Below are positions 1-7,320 of a stretch of DNA of 64,000 nt, piece after piece (the first letter of the stretch is position 1; each line of letters opens with the position of its first letter). Origin of the DNA: a virus; the IMG/VR virus record IMGVR_UViG_3300010048_000001, positions 41,197 through 105,196 of that record. The stretch is one strand, 5' to 3'. The position numbers and the translations under genes are program-made. The notes beneath the pieces were generated by a model. That model did no database searches, had not been told where the DNA came from, and saw nothing but the letters and a program-made list of their open reading frames with translations.

Positions 1-372
1 ATTATAGCCTGGATAAAATTGCGACCAATCGCAGGTGCCCTGATGGCCAGGGTTCAGCGCTACCATACGACCATTAGCAATCGGACCGGCGACATAGAGA
101 TTGCTGACGTTTGTTTGATTGCCGGACTCGGTCGCCAGGTATTGATCTACCCGCGCGACGTTGGTCAGACCAGGTAGGGGATTGGCGATGGTCGTCACAG
201 AGGATTGTGTTGTCGGCAGAACTGGCAGGCCGAAGGAATCTTGTATAAGGGCTTGCCGTCGCGCTGTTACGTCGTCGATCGCTCCTATTGTCACGCTGTC
301 GTCGATCGCGTGCGCCTGGGCAGTGAAGCCCAGAAGAACGCAGAACGCCGTCGCAACCGTCCCGTTGCTCAT
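1..372 (-). CDS. Secreted protein, 3' truncated by window edge
   Basis: Not in the ORF track. ATG at 372 follows GGGGAGA; the frame is open to base 1 and reads MSNGTVATAFCVLLGFTAQAHA-IDDSV... (signal-peptide-like). Confidence 0.7.
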   Translation of the reverse strand, partial: MSNGTVATAFCVLLGFTAQAHAIDDSVTIGAIDDVTARRQALIQDSFGLPVLPTTQSSVTTIANPLPGLTNVARVDQYLATESGNQTNVSNLYVAGPIANGRMVALNPGHQGTCDWSQFYPGYN

Positions 373-416
373 TGAGTTCTCCCCTGTTGAGATACGTACT
401 TAGCGTATCCCAACAG

Positions 417-431
417 GGTACACAAGGTACC
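417..431. promoter_or_regulatory. Palindromic operator GGTAC-N5-GTACC overlapping a putative minus-strand promoter
   Basis: GGTACACAAGGTACC; the minus strand reads TTGTGT-17nt-TAAGTA upstream of the CDS starting at 372. Confidence 0.65.
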
Positions 432-449
432 TGGACGATTTTTCCTACC

Positions 450-728
450 TCATAAACACGCACCCCCTGACCCGCCCGCCGCTCGAGCAGCATTGACGTA
501 GGCGACGCACTCGATGTCAGAAAGATTAGGGATGGTCACAAAATGTGTACCATTCGGGAGGCACGCCGGGAATACATTTTGTCCCGCGCAGGGCAGATAC
601 CCGACAAAGGTACGGATCCCGCCAACCCCAAAAATCCGCAGCAACCACTCGATCGAACTCTCTGAAGCCGCCGCGGGCCCAGCAAGAACGCCAGCCAACA
701 ACAGCCCCGCCACTATTCGCCTCACCAT
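450..728 (-). CDS. Small secreted Cys-containing protein
   Basis: Signal peptide MVRRIVAGLLLAGVLAGPAAA; overlaps the stop of the upstream gene. Confidence 0.7.
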   Translation of the reverse strand: MVRRIVAGLLLAGVLAGPAAASESSIEWLLRIFGVGGIRTFVGYLPCAGQNVFPACLPNGTHFVTIPNLSDIECVAYVNAARAAGGSGGACL

Positions 729-1030
729 GACAATCCGACAACATAGAGCGTCGCGTCAGAGCAAAGAGCATTTGGGGCGCCGACCACGTTGAATGTGATC
801 GGAAATTTGACCAGCCGTGAGGTGTTTAGGATCGCTTGCGCCTCGTCGGCACTAGGCTCGCTTACCGCAAACCCATACCACTGAGGCCCGCTATTCGTCT
901 GGAATTGAATGCAAGCAGGAAACCCGCCGCCTAGCGTCTTGATCTTTGTGACAACGCCCGGCCCGTCGGCATAAGCCGCGCTCGCCAGAGTGCAAATGGC
1001 AGCCGCAAAAATTAGCTGTCGCATCTTCAT
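722..1030 (-). CDS. Small secreted protein (possible OB-fold)
   Basis: SD AAGGAAGGA; signal peptide ending ASAAYA; two Cys in the mature part. Confidence 0.75.
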   Translation of the reverse strand: MKMRQLIFAAAICTLASAAYADGPGVVTKIKTLGGGFPACIQFQTNSGPQWYGFAVSEPSADEAQAILNTSRLVKFPITFNVVGAPNALCSDATLYVVGLSW

Positions 1031-1079
1031 GAAAGCGTCCTTCCTTAGATTGAGAGTACGTACCTAACGACCCTCGAGG

Positions 1080-1094
1080 GGTACACAAGGTACC
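1080..1094. promoter_or_regulatory. Operator GGTAC-N5-GTACC, duplicate of 417-431
   Basis: Identical 16-mer GGGTACACAAGGTACC plus shared flanks (TTGAGA..TACGTAC and TGGACGATTTT). Confidence 0.65.
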
Positions 1095-1214
1095 CGTGCA
1101 GGAATGGACGATTTTTGGACGTCGAGGGCGCTATGTCCCGCGAATGCGCCACCTCATACTAGCGCTCGGCATTGTCGCCGTGATCCTCGAGGCCGCGATC
1201 TGCGCGCGGCGCCT

Positions 1215-1409
1215 TCACCGCGGTGGCAAAATCTCGATCGGAATGCCCGTCCAAGAGAGGACCGTAGGCCCCGGAGGAATACGGGCATACGGGAAAAGAA
1301 CCTCAAAATCGTCGCCGTAAATCAGTAGCTTCTCCGGTAGCTCGCCGATCTGTCGAAGCCGCGCCGCAATAAAGGCGTTCACGTCCGCAATCGAACGGAA
1401 GCCCATCAA
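1215..1409 (-). CDS. Hypothetical protein
   Basis: Start overlaps the stop of the upstream ORF, suggesting translational coupling. Confidence 0.5.
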   Translation of the reverse strand: MMGFRSIADVNAFIAARLRQIGELPEKLLIYGDDFEVLFPYARIPPGPTVLSWTGIPIEILPPR

Positions 1410-1597
1410 ACACCCCGCTCGATCGTCGCAATAAGCTCGCCCAGCACCTCAGTCGGCCGCGTCCGCAACATCCAGACCCGATCCGCCTTCAGCCATTCCC
1501 GAATCGCACCCGCACACCGAGCTCGCTCAGCCGAAACCGCAGCCTCAGTGTCGATATCTCTTATGTAACGGCGCGGAGGGTCGCGATCGTCCATCAT
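1406..1597 (-). CDS. Hypothetical protein
   Basis: ATGA-coupled small phage ORF. Confidence 0.55.
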   Translation of the reverse strand: MMDDRDPPRRYIRDIDTEAAVSAERARCAGAIREWLKADRVWMLRTRPTEVLGELIATIERGV

Positions 1598-2031
1598 AGA
1601 GCCGGCTCTCTACGCGGTGGATTGGGATTGTTCCAATCAAGTGCCCGCACATAGCGATTGTGCGTCCTGAACCACGCCATATTGTCCTCGACCTCAGAAA
1701 CACGCTTATGGTGTACCCGCGGCCGAGGCGCCGCCTCCTCCGCCGCCACCGGAGGCATCATTACCGCAGCACCCGCAATCGCAGGCAACCCGGGCAAGCC
1801 GCCAGGACCCACCTGCACCGGCAACGTCGCATTAACCGGAGGACTCGCAGTCGCCATCCCGCCCATCCCCATCTGCGTGAACGTCAGACAGCTCGCCGAC
1901 TGCTGACTCCCATCAGAGATCTTCGCGCAGTCGTAGACATTAATCGTGACAGGCGATATCCCCGGTGCTTGCGCACAGGCCGAGAGCCCAAGCATAGCCG
2001 CCGCCCCTAAACGCCAGATGCGGGGATGCAT
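1594..2031 (-). CDS. Putative lipoprotein
   Basis: Lipobox-like LSA-C after a hydrophobic stretch. Confidence 0.6.
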   Translation of the reverse strand: MHPRIWRLGAAAMLGLSACAQAPGISPVTINVYDCAKISDGSQQSASCLTFTQMGMGGMATASPPVNATLPVQVGPGGLPGLPAIAGAAVMMPPVAAEEAAPRPRVHHKRVSEVEDNMAWFRTHNRYVRALDWNNPNPPRREPAL

Positions 2032-2657
2032 GCGCGACCCTTTTTAAGATTATCGCTGCGCCATAAGGGCTGTAAATTTGTGTAGTGCACAGCGGCAAGA
2101 AATTGCGAACGATCAGAAAGATCAAAGGATGCTAATGGCCTTATGTGATCTAAGTGCCACCCATCGAAAGACCAGTTGTCCCACGTCATCCCCGACGAGA
2201 ACTTAGATTCCATATATTCTTTAAATTGCTCTGGCGAGCACCCGAGGTCCTTGACCACAGAACCGCCTTTCATCCCCCGCTTTATCGCCAACCGCAAGCG
2301 GGTGCGAAGATAATGGGTTATCTTGTAGATAACATCATTCTTTAGGCGCTCTCGTGTATAACTAACAGCTGAGCTAATCCTAGCTCCTCTATTTCTATAA
2401 TAATTATCTCTACGCATAGCCCTGTTTTTCTCCAGATCTCTTCTATATTTATTTAGATCCTCCGCACGGACTGCATCGGGATGCATGAGCCGTCGTAGCT
2501 TTTTGTTCTTCCGATCGATTATACGCCGGCATTCAACACAACCATAATTGTGAACGACCCGTTGCGCGATGTGCCCTCTTCCGCACGGCTCCCCGGTAAA
2601 ATAATGGTATAGGCCTCTTGACTTTGCTGCAGATCGGCTGACGAGCTCTAACATCAT
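2007..2657 (-). CDS. HNH homing-type endonuclease with N-terminal zinc finger
   Basis: YFTGEPCGRGH..CVEC; LGCS...GMTWDN..WHLDHIRPLASFDL...HYTNLQPLW..N; lower GC than its neighbours. Confidence 0.85.
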   Translation of the reverse strand: MMLELVSRSAAKSRGLYHYFTGEPCGRGHIAQRVVHNYGCVECRRIIDRKNKKLRRLMHPDAVRAEDLNKYRRDLEKNRAMRRDNYYRNRGARISSAVSYTRERLKNDVIYKITHYLRTRLRLAIKRGMKGGSVVKDLGCSPEQFKEYMESKFSSGMTWDNWSFDGWHLDHIRPLASFDLSDRSQFLAAVHYTNLQPLWRSDNLKKGRACIPASGV

Positions 2658-2667
2658 GCGTTGTTTT

Positions 2668-2997
2668 CTAAACGCCAGAGGCGGGGACAAAACAGAAGAC
2701 GAACCCCTCACGAGACACAGCCGGATCCCGGCTAACAAACAAAACACCACGGCCCGTCGGGTTTACCCGGTCCCAAATCACCTTTACGGCCGGGACGTGC
2801 ACATCAGCCGCGCCCACCATTGCCTCAAAGCTGCCGTCGGCGTTCTCCATATACGAGTCCGGGTAATACTGATCGGCAGGGCCGCAACACGGCCCAGCAA
2901 AATCCGGCCGCATCAACGAACCCATCCACTCGGCGAAGGGGTCATCCGCGCTGTGGACAAGCACAAACCCAGCCAGCGCAATCGCCGAAACCCTCAC
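2668..2997 (-). CDS. Hypothetical exported Cys-rich protein
   Basis: Hydrophobic N-terminus; CCGPAD and FCFVP motifs. Confidence 0.7.
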   Translation of the reverse strand: MRVSAIALAGFVLVHSADDPFAEWMGSLMRPDFAGPCCGPADQYYPDSYMENADGSFEAMVGAADVHVPAVKVIWDRVNPTGRGVLFVSRDPAVSREGFVFCFVPASGV

Positions 2998-3311
2998 CGC
3001 CGCGGCTCACACATCTTGCAGACGCAGTTCGCCGCATACCGCGGGCTAATATGCCCACGCCGACACGGACGCCCCGTGTAGTACGTCCGATCCCCATTCT
3101 CCAACGCCGCCTCTCGCTCCGCACACCGCGGCCGTCCCAGCTTCGCTCGAGCCTCGTCCAGAAGACGCAGCAGAAACACCACCTCATCGCCCCAATAAAC
3201 GGTCGGCGGATCTGGCTCGGCCTCTACCGCGGCCCTCAAACACGCCTCATACTCCTCGTCAGTCAGGACAGGGGCCGGTCTCCCACCACGGCCGGTCGTC
3301 TGCTCAGTCAT
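2994..3311 (-). CDS. Protein with C-terminal HNH-associated zinc finger but no nuclease domain
   Basis: YYTGRPCRRGHISPRYAANCVCKMC resembles the N-terminus of the HNH at 2007-2657. Confidence 0.6.
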   Translation of the reverse strand: MTEQTTGRGGRPAPVLTDEEYEACLRAAVEAEPDPPTVYWGDEVVFLLRLLDEARAKLGRPRCAEREAALENGDRTYYTGRPCRRGHISPRYAANCVCKMCEPRR

Positions 3312-3586
3312 GGTTTCTCCGGAGCCTTCAACCCCGCCACATACGACGCCCACCACGCCGCTAACTCCCCAGCACGCTGCTCCTGCAAACCAACCAGCCC
3401 ACGCAAATACTGGTTCGCCCGCTCCATGCTCGTCACCGCAGCCTGCAGCGCAGCAACACGATCCGCCTCAACCTGAGCCGCCGCTACCTGCGCCGCACTC
3501 AACCCAGGAACCGACGCCGGAGCCTCCTGCCCATACGCCGGAAATCCAAAAACCAAACCACCCACCAAAAATAATATTTTTTTCAC
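3308..3586 (-). CDS. Secreted coiled-coil protein
   Basis: GTG start after GAGGAG; MKKILFLVGGLVFGFPAYG signal peptide. Confidence 0.65.
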   Translation of the reverse strand: MKKILFLVGGLVFGFPAYGQEAPASVPGLSAAQVAAAQVEADRVAALQAAVTSMERANQYLRGLVGLQEQRAGELAAWWASYVAGLKAPEKP

Positions 3587-3644
3587 CACTCTCTCCTCTA
3601 AGGGGCCCCCTCCGTTTTCAGAGGCCAGCACTAACCAGAATCCC

Positions 3645-3872
3645 TCACCTCTCCCGAATCCCCAGCGGGAAAATAACCTCGCTCTCCCCAGCCGGACCAC
3701 ATTCCCACTCCTCAACCAACATCCCAGCTCCACTCTTCCGGTCAAATCCCCCACACGCCCTCATGTGCCCCAGCGCCTCAGTCTTGTCCCCAAATACCGC
3801 AACCACCCGCTCACGAAAGTCGCCGTCCCACCACCGCTCCAATACTAAATATACCCGCCCCACCCCACTCAT
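3645..3872 (-). CDS. Hypothetical protein
   Basis: Coupled small ORF with VYLV...VVAVF..K.EA phage-type motif. Confidence 0.6.
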   Translation of the reverse strand: MSGVGRVYLVLERWWDGDFRERVVAVFGDKTEALGHMRACGGFDRKSGAGMLVEEWECGPAGESEVIFPLGIRER

Positions 3873-4099
3873 TTCCGCGCAGCCTCTCGCGCCATCTCCT
3901 CGTCAACCAAACCATCCTCAATAAATACCGGATTCCCACAATCATCGTGATACAATGCCCGCCCGCTGTCCCGCAGCCACCTGTACCGAGCCGCTTCCCG
4001 CCACAGCCTAAACCAGTCCGCAGACTCCCAGCCCTCCCACCAACTAGTGCGCTCCGACCCTTGTACCCGCACCTCACTCACCCCGATTCCAAGCGACAC
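3869..4099 (-). CDS. Hypothetical protein
   Basis: EAARYRWLRD motif seen in small phage proteins. Confidence 0.55.
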   Translation of the reverse strand: MSLGIGVSEVRVQGSERTSWWEGWESADWFRLWREAARYRWLRDSGRALYHDDCGNPVFIEDGLVDEEMAREAARK

Positions 4100-5053
4100 G
4101 CATCCCGAAATTCACCCCAGCAAATACATTGCCGGAATTATTCCCAGCACTACCGGACTCCCCTTTTTCATCAACTCAACCATCCCCACGCTAGCCGTGA
4201 ATCACCACAACCCAAACCCACACCGCCAGCAACGCACCCCACACCGCCGAAACCGCACACGCAGCCGGTGACTTCCGATACCCCCCATCAGTCACAGCTA
4301 TTAAATTACCCAGAACAATCACCACCGACGATGCCACCCAAAACCATGCCATTATCGCTTCCAGAGCTATTGCAGAGTGTGGACGAAGGTGCAGTTGGAT
4401 GCGCCCGCCTGCCTGTGCCAGCGGCCCCCACCGTACCCCGGCTTGGGACCCATTGCGGGCCTGGCTGAACCCTGTGGGCTGGGGATACCTTCCGGCGAGG
4501 GCGCCATCAGAGGAAGCTCGCGATCGCCAACAGCACGCATGCAATGATCGTCACGACAATCGCAAACAGGATCAATATTCCACCCGCATATTCCACCACA
4601 CCGCTCTCAAGCCGTTGACGTAGTTTCATTTTTCTCAGCCATTCCTCAGATGGGCTATCTGCCGTAATGATCTGGGGTTGCGAAACGATTCGGCCCTGCC
4701 ACCCTTACTCGCATGATAGACTCACGCCCAGCGGTTCTCGAGGATGGCTGATGTCAGCTGGGGCCGAAGCAGCTGAAGGAGTACGGCCGGGCGTATCTGG
4801 GTCATGTGCGCGCCGGAGGTTTAATCATGCGCATCAGGTTGAGACCTCTGTTAGGGTCTTTCTCATCATCGAGCGGTAGCGGGCTATTGCGGACGGGCGC
4901 GATCGATGACATTGACGGTTGGGCCGAGATTCTTCCGAATGGTGCTGAGGATTTCCTGCTGTATTTCCGTGCGAATATCATCGGCTATGCCGTTAGAGCA
5001 GCCGCGGTCATCGAGGGCGGTATGAATCGCAATGGCTTGTTGCTCTTTGGGGC

Positions 5054-5656
5054 TCATTGGTCATCCGGCTGAGGGGTGACGTCGATCATTTCTGCTGCAT
5101 CGTCTGGGCCGACGTTTTCGAGTTGGGGAAGGTATTCGATGGCGCCTTGGAGGAGGGCCTCGACGCGCTCGAAGCGTTGGGCGGCGGTCATTTGGGTAAC
5201 GATGTGCTCGACGGAGCCGGTATGTTGATGCTCGACGCGATCACGCCAAAGGTGTGGTTGGCGGTTACGGAGCCAAAGCGAGCACGCGTTGACATCGGGC
5301 GGTGCGTGTTGTTTGACCATTGTGCGGACGAGATCGCCGTCTTTGGTGATGAACACTTTTTCGGTTTCGTAGTCGTATCCGATACCGCGCTGATAGAGGC
5401 TTTTGGCCATTTTGCCATCGGCTTCGCCTCTACCTTTAAGAAGCGCGGCTTTAAAGCTTGGTTTATGTCTTTTCCAATAAGTGATGGTTGCTGGCGAGAC
5501 GCCGAATGTCTCGCTAATTTCGATATCTGTGTATCCGAGTAGGGCGTATTGAAAGGCGCGCTGAGCGAAGTCCGGCTTATACTTTGATGGTGGGCCGGAC
5601 GTCTTGATAGCGTCGAGGGGCTCGACATCGATTATCTCGATCTCTGTGTCGCTCAT
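5054..5656 (-). CDS. terS: Terminase small subunit
   Basis: PSKYKP..A...ALLGYTD.EI...FGVS..T...WK..P.F HTH; SLYQRGIGY; PPDVNACSLWLRNRQP..WRD. Confidence 0.85.
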   Translation of the reverse strand: MSDTEIEIIDVEPLDAIKTSGPPSKYKPDFAQRAFQYALLGYTDIEISETFGVSPATITYWKRHKPSFKAALLKGRGEADGKMAKSLYQRGIGYDYETEKVFITKDGDLVRTMVKQHAPPDVNACSLWLRNRQPHLWRDRVEHQHTGSVEHIVTQMTAAQRFERVEALLQGAIEYLPQLENVGPDDAAEMIDVTPQPDDQ

Positions 5657-6288
5657 TTCAGGATATTTGGTGTATCGCCGCGGAAGTGGATTCTTGGGGT
5701 ATCAGGCATAAGGAAAGCGAAGCCGCCGTCTTCGTGATGGACGGTGAGGATGTGGGATTTATGGAAGGGGTCGAGGAATTCGAAGCCCTGCTGGACGTGT
5801 CGCTTCACGTAGGAATCGGGGGATGGGACACCATCGCCGACATTTACGAAGAGCTTTAGGTCATCGATTAGGACGGCGTAGTTGCCGTCTGGGCGCAGGT
5901 TACGGATGCGGCGTAGCTCCTCATGGAGCGGCACCCAGGCTTCGACATCGGCATCGAGGTCTCGGGGATCATCCTGTATGTCACCGCTGGCGAAGTGAGC
6001 GTCGAGGAAGAAGAACACGCCGCGTCTAGCGCAGTCGTGGTTTGTGGTGAGAAGTGTGTGCAAGAGGTCGACGCTTTTGCCTTGGAGGATTGTGACGCGG
6101 GGATCGCACTCGAAGCGCTGGATGGCGCGGGCGTAGTTGTTGGGTTCGAGTTCGAGCGAGAAGAGGCGTTCGAAGCCGTGCAGGGCGGCATAGGCGAGGG
6201 AAGTGCCGTTACCGACGCCTGTTTCCACGAAGATGGGGAAGCGAGCGACGAACTCGGGGGGGATCGTCCATTGTGTGAGGCAGCCCAT
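5653..6288 (-). CDS. Class I SAM-dependent methyltransferase-like protein
   Basis: FVETGVGNG (motif I), SLEL, FFLDAH, VLIDD. Confidence 0.75.
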   Translation of the reverse strand: MGCLTQWTIPPEFVARFPIFVETGVGNGTSLAYAALHGFERLFSLELEPNNYARAIQRFECDPRVTILQGKSVDLLHTLLTTNHDCARRGVFFFLDAHFASGDIQDDPRDLDADVEAWVPLHEELRRIRNLRPDGNYAVLIDDLKLFVNVGDGVPSPDSYVKRHVQQGFEFLDPFHKSHILTVHHEDGGFAFLMPDTPRIHFRGDTPNILK

Positions 6289-6441
6289 CGGTTTTATTTC
6301 AGGGGCCTGTTGCAGATGTGGCAGGTGTTGCTTGAGGCCACGAGCACGAGGAGCGTGACGAGGATCGCTATGCCAATTAGCGCGACGGCGATAGTTTGCT
6401 CAGGGCTCATGACGAGTTCGGTGCAGGGCACGCTGCTCATT

Positions 6442-7041
6442 TTATGGGTCTGGAATGGTCGCGGTTACGTGGATGCCGAGGGTGATTTCTCCACCGGGCG
6501 CTGCGGGATAGGCGGTTTTTGGATCGTGCATGTAGGCGCCGCCTGGGCAATTATTCCCGCGACGCTGGACTGCCCACACTAACACATCCCCCGCCTTTAC
6601 GGTGGAATGGATCTTTGGCGGCTGCAGCGAAGTGTAAAGCGCTCGACAAAGCCCGCCGTCTAACCCACAGCTGGGCCAATCGACAGGCTTGGCTACCTGC
6701 ACCTGCGCAACCTCGGGGATGAGGTTGGGATTGACCACCCCAACATTGTTGCCGGAGTGAAAGCCGTTGGGCTGCGGTCCGGCGTTGTAGATCGCGACGG
6801 CCGGATAATTCGTGAAATCGTTCTCATCGCCGTTAGTGCCGAGACACATCCAGTTCTGGCCGAATTCCTTAAAGACCCAATCGACAACTCCGTCGTGATC
6901 AACGACTTGGGCTCGCAAGATATTACCGACCGCCGGCAACAGCGCCGGCCCCATCGCGGGAATGACCTCAGTGTAGTTCTCGGCAAGGGCTGGTGTCGTC
7001 ACAAGCAACGCGGTCGCGAGGGCGAGCGGAAGATAGTTCAC
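6442..7041 (-). CDS. Secreted protein
   Basis: GTG start after AAGGAG; signal peptide MNYLPLALATALLVTTPALA. Confidence 0.7.
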   Translation of the reverse strand: MNYLPLALATALLVTTPALAENYTEVIPAMGPALLPAVGNILRAQVVDHDGVVDWVFKEFGQNWMCLGTNGDENDFTNYPAVAIYNAGPQPNGFHSGNNVGVVNPNLIPEVAQVQVAKPVDWPSCGLDGGLCRALYTSLQPPKIHSTVKAGDVLVWAVQRRGNNCPGGAYMHDPKTAYPAAPGGEITLGIHVTATIPDP

Positions 7042-7181
7042 TACGTCTTCTCCTTCTCGTTCTTGGATTCGACATAGGCGGTGCGCTCTGTGTCCTCGCC
7101 CTTTAGGGCTGCGGCGAGGCAGGCAAGCAGGATCAGGCCGAAGCCGATTATCCCGCAGCAGAGGACGATATCGAGCGTCAT
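7041..7181 (-). CDS. Small single-TM protein (46 aa)
   Basis: Read directly: MTLDIVLCCGIIGFGLILLACLAAALKG...; its stop abuts the next start. Confidence 0.45.
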   Translation of the reverse strand: MTLDIVLCCGIIGFGLILLACLAAALKGEDTERTAYVESKNEKEKT

Positions 7182-7241
7182 AGCGACTCGGCTTTAGCAC
7201 AAAATGTACCCGTCTGTGAAGGGAGGGAGAAAAAAGTAATG

Positions 7242-7278
7242 GGTACGACTTGTACCCTGCCACGGCCGTGGTTATATG
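7242..7278 (+). promoter_or_regulatory. Early-operon promoter with overlapping operator
   Basis: Operator GGTACGACTTGTACC (7242-7256) covers -35 TTGTAC; 17 nt spacer; -10 TATATG (7273-7278). Confidence 0.6.
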
Positions 7279-7320
7279 TTGTACCGGAGAAATCCGATAC
7301 GGCCGCAGAAGGGAAATCCG

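Noticed and set aside
74-493. 139-aa minus-strand ORF in the track
   Set aside because: Wrong frame; the SD- and signal-peptide-bearing frame starting at 372 is the better gene
2820-4468. Long Pro/His-rich plus-strand ORFs (2820-3476, 3310-3924, 3947-4468)
   Set aside because: Antisense shadows produced by the extreme C-skew opposite real minus-strand genes
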